DNA from: Macrostomum lignano
Lineage: Eukaryota
Direction of reading: 5' to 3'
Length of the DNA: 64,000 nucleotides
Assembly (NCBI GenBank): GCA_002269645.1
Contig: NIVC01000099.1
Coordinates: 806,001 to 870,000 of the forward strand
The notes under the pieces are model-generated. The model did not search any database. It had not been told where the DNA came from and saw only the letters and a program-made list of their open reading frames with translations. Made by a program: the position numbers and the translations under genes. Shown piece by piece: positions 1 through 13,000 of the stretch. The first letter of the stretch is position 1, and each line of letters starts with the position of its first letter.

Positions 1-155
1 AATCGGCCATCATGTCCCAGAGAATCGCCCATCATGTCTCAGAGAATGGCCCACCAATTCCCCAGAGAATCGGCCATCATGTCCCAGAGAATCGCCCATC
101 ATGTCTCAGAGAATGGCCCACCAATTCCCCAGAGAATCGGCCATCATGTCTCAGA
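1..155. repeat. Intronic minisatellite, 22-23-bp related units
   Basis: aatcggccatcatgtcccagag / aatggcccaccaattcccagag repeated. Confidence 0.8.
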
Positions 156-188
156 GAGTTGTCCACCGGAAACCCAACCAATCTGCAG

Positions 189-904
189 ACGCTCGCTGCA
201 CCGCCTGCGCCTGACCGCCAAGCTGCTGGGCATCCTGCAGCTGGTGTACAACAATCCCAACCGTCTGCGGCTGCTCGGCTTCGACTTCGACGTGCAGCGC
301 ACTGAGGCTGGCGTCCGCGTGTTCATGTTCGAGGACCTGCTGCTGCACGGCGACGGCGCGGCGACCTCGCCGAAAACCGTCGAATCCATCGTGCTGGGAG
401 AGAACCTGCGCAGGGAGGCCGAGATTCGCAGCTCCAATCCGCTGCTGATGACGCCCTTCAACATGACTGAGCTGTATATAAAGGGTGAGGCCACTGCCTA
501 GGGTGACTGTCCTGTGCTTGCCACTCCCGCAACGCATTCACTCTGTCGTCCCTTCCTCTGTGCATCTCGGTCACTCTGGCTAGCTGTCACTCCTCTCTGT
601 CTGTGTCACTCCCCCAGTCAATTCCCGTTTTCCCGTTGAAAACGCTAATGGGGCAACAATCGCTAAAGAGCCACTGCAAAAACCTCACCAGTGACTCTAG
701 CGACTATCTGGGGCGACTCTTGCGACTTTTTAACGACTCAAATGACTTTATTGCGATGTGGAGGCGACTGTTGAGTCACGCGATTCTGATACGTCGCCTC
801 AGAGTCGTTTCAGATTGCCAGACACAAAACGCCTCAAATTGACACTTGACACTCGGGAAACTCTTTGACGCTTTCTCGACGACTAGTACAGCGACATCTC
901 TCTC

Positions 905-959
<55 letters not shown>

Positions 960-1013
960 ATCTCTCTCTCATCTCTCTCTCTCTCTTTCTCTCATCTCTC
1001 TCTCATCTCTCTC

Positions 1014-1091
<78 letters not shown>

Positions 1092-4000
1092 TCTCTCTCT
1101 ACCCTCTTCACGAGTTCGATTTCTATCACTCTTCTTAACTCCTCTGCTCCTCTTTGCATATTAAAAACTTTGTTTTTCCTCGTTCCTCATCTCCAATCTA
1201 CTTGTCACTCCAAATCCGTCACCCGGTCAGTGCTGCACATCGAGGCCATCCAAGCATCGGCGATCAGCCAGCAGCAGCCGCTGCAGCAGCAGAAGACGCT
1301 GCTGATCAGCCTGAAGCCGGCCGCCGCCCTGCCCGACCGCGGCAACGACAGCGCAGTGGCCTGGCTGGGTCTGGCCGAGGCCGCCCTGCGCAGCATCCGC
1401 GTTTTCGGCACTCCTGAGCAGCTCCGCCTGCGCTTGTTCGAGGACTCGCTCGCCACCTCGGCGTCCCAGCGCCGGCCGGACCGCAGCGTCACCATTCTGG
1501 CCGACTCGCTATGCAACGACACCTCGCAGGCCGCCTACGGAGCCGCCGCGGCCAAAGCCTTCAGCAGACTCGGCACCGGCATCGTCACCGAGTTTCTCTT
1601 CTGCGACATCGCGCTGCACTTCGACTCGGCCGCAGCGCGCCAGATGGCTCAGGGCGCCCTGCCCACCGGCGCCGTCTTCCGCGTCAACCACACCGCCATT
1701 GACGAGCGCGACGAGGCCATGAGCACCGAGCAGCAGAGGCGGGTGCCCAGAGACCGTCTCACCGAGTTCTGGACTAACATGGTGGGTTCCCTCCTCGTTC
1801 CACCCTCTCCCCACTCCGCCCTCTCCCCACTCCGCCCTCTCCCCACTCCACCCTCTCCCCACTCCACCCTCTCCCCACTCCACCCTCTCCCCACTCCACC
1901 CTCTCCCCACTCCGCCCTCTCCCCACTCCACCCTCTCCCCACTCCACCCTCTCCCCACTCCGCCCTCTCTCCACTCCACCCTCTCCCCACTCCACCCTCT
2001 CCCCACTCCACCCTCTCCCCACTCCACCCTCTCCCCACTCCATCCTCCCCACTCGGCCCCCCTCCTCATAAGGAAACAGAATTGTGGCCCGAAATGCTAC
2101 TTGCTCAATTCAAAAATTCACTGTTTCTGCATATCGCCCGGCCCCTTCCAGCTAATTCACATTGTCAATTCTGAGGCGCACACCCTGGTGGTTGTGCCGG
2201 CGGAGACCGTCACCTCCTGGTCAAAGAGTGGCATCCGGTGAGTTCTGTGATGTGATGCATACTGTTATCACCAGGTATGACAGTTTAAGAATTTGCAGGT
2301 CTGACAGGTTGGGGATCAGCAGGTCTGACAGGTTGGGGATCAGCAGGTCTGACAGGTTGGGGATCAGCAGGTCTGACAGGTTGGGGATCAGCAGGTCTGA
2401 CAGGTTGGGGATCAGCAGGTCTGACAGGTTGGGGATCAGCAGGTCTGACAGGTTAAGGATCAGCAGGTCTGACAGGTTGGGGATCAGCAGGTCTGACAGG
2501 TTGGGGATCAGCAGGTCTGACAGGTTGGGGATCAGCAGGTCTGACAGATTGACCATTTTAGTATCAGGAGACCGATGGGGAATCGGAAAATTCTGAATTA
2601 ATAAAGCAAGAGGACAATCGTCTCAAACTCTTTGCTAATCTCCCCCTTCCGTTGTGTTCCAGGCTGATCAACCTCCGCTACCAGATCGTCATGCGACGCG
2701 GCGGCCTGTCGGCTGCGACCGTGCGGCAGTACATTTTGGACCGCTTCGATCTGTGGAACCTGCTGTTCCCCTATTCCAACATTCGCACTACAGATATCCA
2801 AGGTACGGGCTGTACTTCAGTGCGGCGGTAACGCATTCGGCCCTTGCATCAGAGCAGCATGGCCACGTTTATTTAGGGCTGAGGGTTTGCGATTCACGCC
2901 CATGAGGGCCAACTCCCCAAGGCACAGAGAGTGCACATGCCTGGCGATTCACGCCCATGAGGGCCAACCCCAAGGCACAGAGAGTGTACATGCCTGGCGA
3001 TTCACGCCCATGAGGGCCAACTCCCCAAGGCACAGAGAGTGCACATGCCTGGCGATTCACGCCCATGAGGGCCAACTCCCCAAGGCACAGAGAGTGCACA
3101 TGCCTGGCGATTCACGCCCATGAGGGCCAACCCCAAGGCACAGAGAGTGTACATGCCTGGCGATTCACGCCCATGAGGACCAACCCCAAGGCACAGAGAG
3201 TGTACATGCCTGGCGATTCACGCCCATGAAGACCAACCCCAAGGCACAGAGAGTGTACATGCCTGGCGATTCACGCCCATGAGGACCAACCCCAAGGCAC
3301 AGAGAGTGTACATGCCTGGCGATTCACGCCCATGAGGACCAACCCCAAGGCACAGAGAGTGTACATGCCTGGCGATTCGCGCCCATGAGGACCAACCCCA
3401 AGGCACAGAGAGTGTACATGCCTGGCGATTCACGCCCATGAGGACCAACCCCAAGGCACAGAGAGTGTACATGCCTGGCGATTCACGCCCATGAGGACCA
3501 ACCCCAAGGCACAGAGAGTGTACATGCCTGGCGATTCACGCCCATGAGGACCAACCCCAAGGCACAGAGAGTGTACATGCCTGACCATTACGACTCTGTT
3601 TGAGTGTGTATGCGAGTGCGTTCCTGCGCACATTGGCGCTGTGTTATGTGCTCCGGGTCAGCGGGATCGGCAAGCCTGGCTGTTTCCTAAATTTTTTATC
3701 AGTAAAAACACGCCGAAGTTGCCCTACAAAACTAATTCCATTTAACAGTCGAGCCCTCAAAGATGCACTGGTGGCAGTCGACTACCGCAGGGACACCGTT
3801 TAGCAAGGGCACGACGTCGGCAGCGAAGACCGCAGCAACGACGGCATCATCCACTGCTTCATCCACAGTATCACCTACAGTTTCATCCACAGCATCATCG
3901 ACAGCATCATCGACAGCAGCCTCCTCAGCCACAACATCAGCCACGACAAAAGTGAGGTCATTGACGACAGCTTCAAAAGCGCCCACAGCTGTGACGACTG

Positions 4001-7000
4001 TAGCACCAACCACTGCCGTCACCACTACAGCTGCCCTCAGCACGGCGTCTGATGAGACTACTAAATCCACCGGGGTGACCACGCCGGCAACTGCTGCGAC
4101 AACGACTGCAATAACTCCAACACCAGCTAAGCCTAGTGAACCTGCCGAACCCGTCTGTGAGTTGCCGAGAGAGGTTAAGGAAGATCTTGAGGAAGTGTGA
4201 TCCTGGGGAAGTGTGATCCTGGGGAAGTGTGATCCTGGGGAAGTGTGATCCTGGGGAAGTGTGATCCTGGGAAAGTGTGATCCTGGGAAAGTGTGATCCT
4301 GGGAAAGTGTGATCCTGGGGAAGTGTGATCCTGGGGAAATGTGATCCTGGGGAAGTGTGATCCTGGGGAAGTGTGATCCTGGGGAAGTGTTGATGTGTTC
4401 CTTATTACCTGCCTTCGATAATCAAGGAACAATCACTTCTAGCTCTGTAGCTAGGCAACCCAGTAATTCAAACGAAAGTATTCAATTACCTTGACTTCTT
4501 ATGAGATATCTCTCCTTCTTTGAGTCCTTCGTAGATCTCGTGTAGATCTCGATCTGTAGTTCAGGCCTGAATTCGACTCGACTTGTAGTCCTGGTCCGAG
4601 TTTCTCTTTTCTTCTTTTGCCGGCCGGTATCTGTCGTTCGGACCAATAAGAAGCTTCCAAATTAACAATGGGTACCCTGCGCCAAACTGCGGTTTAATAT
4701 AAGCCTACTCCTTCTAGTAGTGCCTCTATGCACTCTAGGTATGGCTCCGGAAACCACTGATAGTCTTCTAAGATCTATCAGGGGCAGTCCTTCTGGAGAC
4801 TGCAACCAGTAGAGTCTAAACAGACTCAGGAGTCTCAACAGACTCACAATAAACTCAAGTCCCTCTTAGACTTGAGCGAGACGTCTCAACTAACAGGCGC
4901 AAATGAGTAAGGCTTACCGCAAGAACTCGACCACGTCTTCGAGTTGCTTCAGGAAGTCGGCTGCCGATCTTCCTCTTCGGAGCTTTCTCTCTCTGAGATT
5001 CTTGGCTCCGGGTCCGTTCCGGACCACTTGTATTTATAGGCAAATGGACCCCCATGAGGTCACGTGGGTCCAACTCTTCAGCTGTCAAAAAGGTCACGGT
5101 TTGGTTGCTGTCAAACTTGGCAGGGTAGAAAGTTACTCCATTGGTTCAGTGTAAAAGCGCGTGATTGGTCATCGCATTCGAGTTATTTTTAGTTACATTT
5201 GATTGGGTCACGTGCGTACAGTTGAATGATGCATCTTTCCTGGGGTTTGCGTTTGACAAGTACAGGTTACACGTGATTGGGTGATTTCTAAATTTAGCAT
5301 GCTCAAGGTCTCTCTCTTTCTATTGGTTAGTCAGAATATACGCTCGTACTTATAATTCAAAGCATACCTTTATTCATGCTCTTCAACTTACTACTGAATA
5401 AAATGTGTGAGTAGTACGTTAACACTTTTATGTTTTCTTACGGGAGGTAGAACACTCTACAGTGTGATCCTGGGGAAGGTGTGATCCTGAGGAAGTGTGA
5501 TCCTGGGAAAGTGTGATCCTGGGGAAGTGTGATCTTGGGGAAGTGTGATCTTGGGAAGTGTAATCCTGGGGAAGTGTGATCCTGGGAAAGTGTAATCTTG
5601 GGGAAGTGTAATCATGGGGAAGTGTAATCCTGGGGAAGTGTGATCTTGGGGAAGTGTAATCTTGGGGAAGTGTAATCCTGGGGAAGTGTAATCCTGGGGA
5701 AGTGTGATCTTGGGGAAGTGTGATCTTGGGGAAGTGTAATCTTGGGGAAGTGTAATCCTGGGGAAGTGTGATCTTGGGGAAGTGTAATCTTGGGGAAGTG
5801 TAATCCTGGGGAAGTGTAATCCTGGGGAAGTGTGATCTTGGGGAAGTGTAATCTTGGGGAAGTTTAATCTTGGGGAAGTGTAATCCTGGGGAAGTGTAAT
5901 CCTGGGGAAGTGTGATCTTGGGGAAGTGTGATCTTGGGGAAGTGTAATCTTGGGGAAGTGTAATCTTGGGGAAGTGTAATCCTGGGGAAGTGTGATCTTG
6001 GGGAAGTGTAATCTTGGGGAAGTGTAATCCTGGGGAAGTGTAATCCTGGGGAAGTGTGATCTTGGGGAAGTGTAATCTTGGGGAAGTGTAATCTTGGGGA
6101 AGTGTAATCCTGGGGAAGTGTGATCTTGGGGAAGTGTAATCCTGGGGAAGTGTAATCCTGGGGAAGTGTGATCTTGGGGAAGTGTAATCTTGGGGAAGTG
6201 TAATCTTGGGGAAGTGTAATCCTGGGGAAGTGTGATCTTGGGGAAGTGTGATCTTGGGAAGTGTAATCCTGGGGAAGTGTAATCCTGGGGAAGTGTGATC
6301 TTGGGGAAGTGTGATCTTGGGAAGTGTAATCCTGGGGAAGTGTAATCCTGGGGAAGTGTGATCTTGGGGAAGTGTGATCTTAGGGAAGTGTGATCCTGGG
6401 GAAGTGTGATCTTGGAAAAGTGTGATCTTGGGAAAGTGTGATCCCGGGGAAGTGTGATCTTGGGGAAGTGTAATCCTGGAATAAGGAAAGGTTCTGAATG
6501 AGTTGGATTACATTTCGATTAAGATTCAGCTGAACATTGTCTTCATTTCTGCAGCTCAGGTGCGAATCCGCCACCTGGCCATTGTGGAAATTCGCAGCCA
6601 ATTAAAAAACTGGAACTCCACCAGCACGGGGACCGTCGCTTTGACTGAGATTCTTAAAGAGACGGTGAGTTGGATTATCATTCACGTACTCTAGATAGTT
6701 TCTGTAAAATCCCAGCTATGGCAATTTGAATGAGCTTAATGCCTCCTGCGCCTGATTCTCAACAGATTCGCCAGTGCTACTACTTCGGCTCCGAGCACCA
6801 GGCTCTTAAGCTGGGCGTCCTTGACGACAAATTTCAGCTTATTGGCTTCTCTGAGTGAGTTCGACGATAGATCAGCTGCCCATCCCACCTGTCTATACCA
6901 CCTGTCCCGTGTCTATCCCACCTGTCTATACCACATGCCTATCCCCTGTCTATCCCACCTGTCTATCCACCTGTCTATTCCCTATCTATCCCACCTGTCT

Positions 7001-10000
7001 ATTCCCTATCTATCCCACCTGTCTATTCCCTATCTATCCCACCTGTCTATTCCCTATCTATCCCACCTGTCTATTCCCTATCTATCCCACCTGTCTATTC
7101 CCTATCTATCCCACCTGTCTATTCCCTATCTATCCCACCTGTCTATCCCCTGTCTATCCACCTGTCTATTCCCTATCTATCCCACCTGTCTATCCACCTG
7201 TCTATTCCCTATCTATCCCACCTGTCTATTCCCTATCTATCCCCCCGACCGAAAATATTTGTCCTTTCAAAAACAGTAAGTGTGCCAGTTGTGCCACAAA
7301 TATGCCCTTTGACAGAGTTATAAATGTCTTTGTATGTCATATTTGGCACACTTGATACAATTGTACCAATTGTGCCGTAGCTATGCCATTTGGCACAGTT
7401 TGTAAATGTCGATGTATGTCCTATTTGGCACACTTGACACAAATAGTATTTTTACTGCTAATTGGCCAATGAAACCAATTGGCACACTTGGCACACTTGC
7501 TACAATTGTGCCAGTTGTGCCACAGCTATACCATTTAGCACAGTTATAAATGTCTTTGTATGTCCTATTTGGCACACCTGGCACAAATAACCTTTTTATA
7601 GCTAATTCCCCTTGGAAACCATTTGGCACACTTGGCGCACTCACTACAAGTGTACCAGTTGTGCCACAGCTATACTATTTGACACAGTTATATAACTGTC
7701 TTGGACTGTCCTTCTTGGCACACTTGGCACGAATATCCTTTTTATAGCTAATTGGTTATTAAAACAGACTGGCACACTTGGCACACTTGCTACAATTGTA
7801 CCAGTTGTGCCACAGCTATGACATTTGGCACAGTTATATATCTTTGTCCTTCTTGGCACACTTGGCTCAAATAACCTTTTTTATTACTAATTACCTAACA
7901 AAACTGTTTGACGCACACCCGGTGCAACTTGCACTGAGGCTGCGACGTCAGTAGCTTCGATTTTGGCAGATGACCGGCAGGTTTTCACTCCCAACTTGCG
8001 GCATGATCTGCTCAGACGCTCGAAAATGGCGCAACCGCGTTTGATTGACGCCATTACAAAAGAACTAAAGCAGCAGATCACGCAGCATCTCGCCGTCCAT
8101 CTAGATCAGCTCGTGGACCCAGCCGTCACAGTTGACAACATGCTGGTCGACGACAATGGAAAGAAATTATACTACGGTAAGAAATTAATAGTCCTTCATT
8201 TATGATCGCGCAAATATCCTATTGTTACTCTCAAACGCTCTTCAATCCTTAAAAAACACCTCTGCAGCCAATCGGTTTCGCCTTTACGTCCAACGTCGCT
8301 CAGACCAGGGTCATGGCCAGTAAGGATATATCAAGAACCAACGACTCCGGCCAACCTCAATGCACTTCTCCGCGAGATGGTGCGGGGGTGCTTCAGCGAC
8401 GACGAGATTTTGGTAACGTCGTTGAGCGGTCGCGCTACTGAGCCTGGTCGGCCACGCCTGCTACCTGGCTGGAATCGACATCCCAACCAATGAAAGCGAT
8501 TGAAAAGGCCTACGTCCGATGCTCCATCACCGTCAGTCGGCGTGAAAAGCAATCCGGACGTTTGCCTGTAAAGAAACTTCGTCAAGGTGCGGCTGCCAAT
8601 GTCACTGACACTGTGCAGTCGGAGGCGGCTAATGCACTCGCGAGGACTGAGCGCGGGATATCTGCTGTTGCATCTAGCAAAACTAAACTTGTTTGGCAGA
8701 TGCGGGACCCGTCTAGCTTGGTCTGTCTCCCTCATGTTTCTGGTTTTGTTTTCCCCTGGAAATATGCTCTTTCCCACATAAAGTAACCAACTACATTACT
8801 ATAGTTAGTTCCAGACTCGTAAATTACAATAGCACCAGGAATCAGACTTGTTGTCTAACTAGAAAAGTATAGGGGAACAGAGGTATTGGAGTTGGTTTCA
8901 CTAATTGCTTGTTTTTTATCTAGTTGTTTGTTTGTGCTTTTTAAATTAATACATTAGATGTATACATGTTGTTACATTAAAATCCTGTGCCACGTGTAGT
9001 CGACTCAGTAGTTAATTTGTTACATTGCATGTTTTAGTTTCAAATGTATTAGAAGTGTAAACTCTTTGGCTGGCACCACAATTTTCATGCACCGCGCTTT
9101 TTAATTACGTTGTTTTTTGTTTCCTGTCCAATGTCCGCTGTCGGTTATGTTTCTTTCCGTTAACTTCTAGTATGCATTTTTTAATTCCGCAGCCTCCCCT
9201 TTTTCCTGTTTTATACATGTTTTTTGTCCTATTTGCTACTTCCCATTAAATATATACGTATTTATGCAACATCCCTTTTTCCAACTGTTTTAATCTGTTT
9301 ATGTTCGCGCTCAACATTATTTTAAAGTTTAATTTACATTGACAACTCTTTTCAATTTGTCTTCCCTCATTTAAACATGAGAAGGACCTCTCGCAAATCT
9401 TAGCTACTTCATACACTTCATAACTCGTAGTTGACTAACGGGTCAACTATAACAGCATCAGATAGCATATTATGTGCTTAGTTCAACTGCTTTAAACTGC
9501 AAATTCACTCGTCTGGAGAATTTACGCCAAATGGCACAGTACGCGCTAGTTTAACTGCTTCTAGCTGCACATTTACTCGTATGGTGCCAAATGGTACGTT
9601 TATGGCACAGTTGTGCACAATTATAAGCACTCAAAAATAGCTGAGACAACTGGCACAGTTGTGGCACAGTTGTGGCACAGCAGTGCACAATTAAAAATTT
9701 GATTCTTAATTGTGTCACATGTGCCAATTGGCACAGCTTGGCACAGTTATATTTGTGCCAAGCTGTGCCACCAATTGTCGATTCTCACAAATTTCGTGTC
9801 GTTTCGACAGTTATTTTGGGATTCCCCCCAATTCATTTTTTATGTGCTATTTGACGCATTTAAAGAACAATTATTTCCGGTCGGGCCACCTGTCTATTCC
9901 CTATCTATCCCACCTGTCTATCCCCTATCTATCCCACCTGTCTATTCCCTATCTATCCCACCTGTCTATTCCCTATCTATCCCACCTGTCTATTCCCTAT

Positions 10001-13000
10001 CTATCCCACCTGTCTATCCCCTGTCTATCCCACCTGTCTATCCCCTATCTATCCCACCTGTCTATTCCCTATCTATCCCACCTGTCTATTCCCTATCTAT
10101 CCCACCTGTCTATCCCACCTGTCTATCCACCTGTCTATCCCCTATCTATCCCACCTGTCTATCCACCTGTCTATTCCCTATCTATCCCACCTGTCTAACC
10201 CCTGTCTATCCTAGCTGTTTATCCTCTGTCTATCCCACATGTCTATCCACCTGTCTATTCCCTATCTATCCCACCTGTCTATCCACCTGTATATTCCCTA
10301 TCTATCCCACCTGTCTAACCCCTGTCTATCCCGCCTGTTTATCGCAATGTCTATCCCAAGTGCCTATTCCCTATCTATACTATAATCTGCCCATCAATTC
10401 TATGTCGTGATAAAATCCCATGTGTTTGCCTGTTCCAGTGCAACATTCCTGCAGTTTAAAGCGGAGTACAGCCTTTCTGTCAGCAATGCCTCTGTGTCGA
10501 AGGAGGAGGTGCACAAAACGTTTTCCACCGGCTGGGATCAGAGACAGCTCAAGAGCATGCTGAGCAATGCCTTACTGCACAATATCGAAAGTGAGTGGGA
10601 CTGCTCTCATTGGGCTTCGACTAGCTCGTATCCCAACTCGGCCTCTTCTGAATCCCCATCAGCCTCTTCTGAATCCCCATCAGCCTCTTCTGAATCCCCA
10701 TCAGCCTCTTCTGAATCTCATCAGCCTCTTCTGAATCCCCATCAGCCTCTTCTGAATCCCCATCAGCCTCTTCTGAATCCCCATCAGCCTCTTCTGAATC
10801 CCATCAACCTCTTCTGAATCCCCATCAGCCTCTTCTGAATCCCCATCAGCCTCTTCTGAATCCCCATCAGCCTCTTCTGAATCCCCATCAGCCTCTTCTG
10901 AATCCCCATCAGCCTCTTCTGAAGCGCATCAGATAGCAAGCACAGCGAGACCTACACCCCAACCCTGACCCTAACCAACTGCCTTGTCCCGCCCGCAGTT
11001 GTGCCATCCAGCGAGCCGGAGAATGATCGCGAATCGGCGCTGGTGTACCTGTTCACTATGCTGAGCTCGACCAACGATTCGAGCGGTAATGAACTCAGCA
11101 AACTAGCCCAGTCCCAGGTAACTTGTTGTTATATTTATTTCAGTGTGAACCGAGCGCATGCGTTGAGTTCTTTGGCTTTTATCAAGAGATAGGTCTAAAG
11201 CTATATTCGCCGCATCATCGCTTGCCATTTTCAGTTTGCCGGCCTCTACCTGCACACTAAATTGGTGAAGTTGCACCACGTAGAGCTGCAGTTGGCGGAT
11301 AGGTGCGCTCGAGCTTAACTAATGAACATATTTTATATTTATGCACACGCTAAAACTTTGTAGCGAATTGATGCTGAAAGCGGGGTTCAATTTGGAGTGT
11401 AAAATGCATTTAGCTATAACGTCAAGTTTTAGAAGAGGTGTAGACTGGGATAAGGTACGATGCAGAATGCGGTCACAGGCGCAGAATGAGTTCGCAGGCA
11501 CAGAATGAGGTCGCAGGCACAGAATGAGGTCACAGGTGCAGATGAGGTCACAAGTACAGAATGAGGTCACAGGTGCAGAATGAGGTCAAGTTATCCAGTA
11601 ACCCAGCATTCACTGCTCAGAGTAACCCAATCGTTCCCAAACCGCCTGCAGTTCCGTGTCGCATCAGGTCAGCGCCAAGCTGCTTCTGGACCTGGAGGTC
11701 AACGCTCGCGGCCACCACGTCAGCGACATCGTCAGCTTCGAGACTCACGCTGGCCTCGGGCGAGTCCGAGCCGCCTCCCAGCTGAAGATTGTCGATGGAT
11801 TCTTTGTCCCCGGTAGGTGCCGCCATTGTCTCGCTGCAATTTTGCAGTCCATCACGAGCCTCCGTAATTAATAAGCATTCCTTCCCTCTGCAGTCATGCA
11901 CTCCAACAGCTTCAACAAGCGCCGCGTCTACAAACTGATGCCCGTCTTGATCAAGATTCGGATTGAGAAATCAGAGTTCATGTTCGATCTGCAGAACAGT
12001 GTGCTCACTCCGCTGCTCGAGTACCAGATTGCTAGGAAGGTGTGTTTGCGATTTCCTTTTGTTTGCTTGATAGGCAATCTTTCATGGCGGAATAGGCGCA
12101 GGGACAGTGAGATGGACAGGTGAGCTGGACAGGTGAGCTGGACAGGTGAGGTGGACAGGTGAGCTGGACAGGTGAGCTGGACAGGTGAGCTGGACAGGTG
12201 AGCTGGACAAGTGAGGTGGACAGGTGAAGTGGACAGGTGAGCTGGACAAGTGAGGTAGACAGGTGAGGTGGACAGGCGAGGTGGACAATTAAAGTGGAAG
12301 ACGAAGTAGCAAAGTATTAAGTAGATGGGCAGGTGACTGCTTTTATGAGCAGGAACTAACGGGTGAGGATACAGTTGAATCCTAAGCTTGGGCTTGTGAG
12401 GATGGGATAATTCTTCATTCGGGCCTCAAGTTTACACAGACAGAGGGTTTGAGAGCTCATCTGTATTCAATTCAATGCCCAGATGCCTGTTGACACTTTC
12501 AGTTGGAGACGGCTTTCGGAGCAAAACGGCACTATTCTGCTCTGGGTGTTAAAGCCTATTCGATTGACAAACTGGCTAGGTGAGCTGGTCTTGCGGACTT
12601 TGCTCGGAAATAGTCTGAAGCATTTGAATTTTTCTCATACCATTCCTACCCCCCCCCTCAGCAACAAATTCGCAGTTGGCATCGTCGCCAAAATTGGCCT
12701 GCTCAACGCGCAGCTGGATCACGACGTTTTGGCCCTGTTGTCGGACGTTAGAACAGCCTACGATGTAATCCACATGAACTGTGAGTCCGCTGCGATTGGG
12801 AATTTGAGGCTGTCTTTTTGAAAAGTCACAAAAATAAGATTCCACCCATTTCACACGTTTTCGTTTTCACTAAAACTTGGAGCTTTATGAAAAAGACTAA
12901 TTTAAGGTGTATTTTTGTATTCTTGAAAAAACGACTTTTTTACTTGCAAGTATAAAAATACAGAAATTGACCTATTTATTGAAAAAAGATCGATTTCGAA

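Noticed and set aside
846-1230. Leu/Ser-rich N-terminus of the 442-aa ORF as a signal or TM segment
   Set aside because: It is the translation of an intronic (CT)n microsatellite.
2890-3582. Regularly spaced repeats resembling a CRISPR array (also 15541-15757, 34803-35642)
   Set aside because: Units are contiguous with no unique spacers, there are no cas genes, and the context is eukaryotic.
7970-8176. Open exon as part of the mucin gene
   Set aside because: It is phase 1-1 and lies in a phase-2 intron; flanking host exons join in frame without it, and it sits inside a TIR element.
10965-10980. Telomere-like aaccctgaccctaacc; also ccctaaaa units in ABCF3 intron 59330-59610
   Set aside because: Too short or degenerate to call an interstitial telomeric repeat.
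12483-12579. ORF-track frame MPVDTFSW... as the mucin exon
   Set aside because: The acceptor at 12502 gives LETAFGAKRHY... with the 0-to-2 phase needed to join the next exon.
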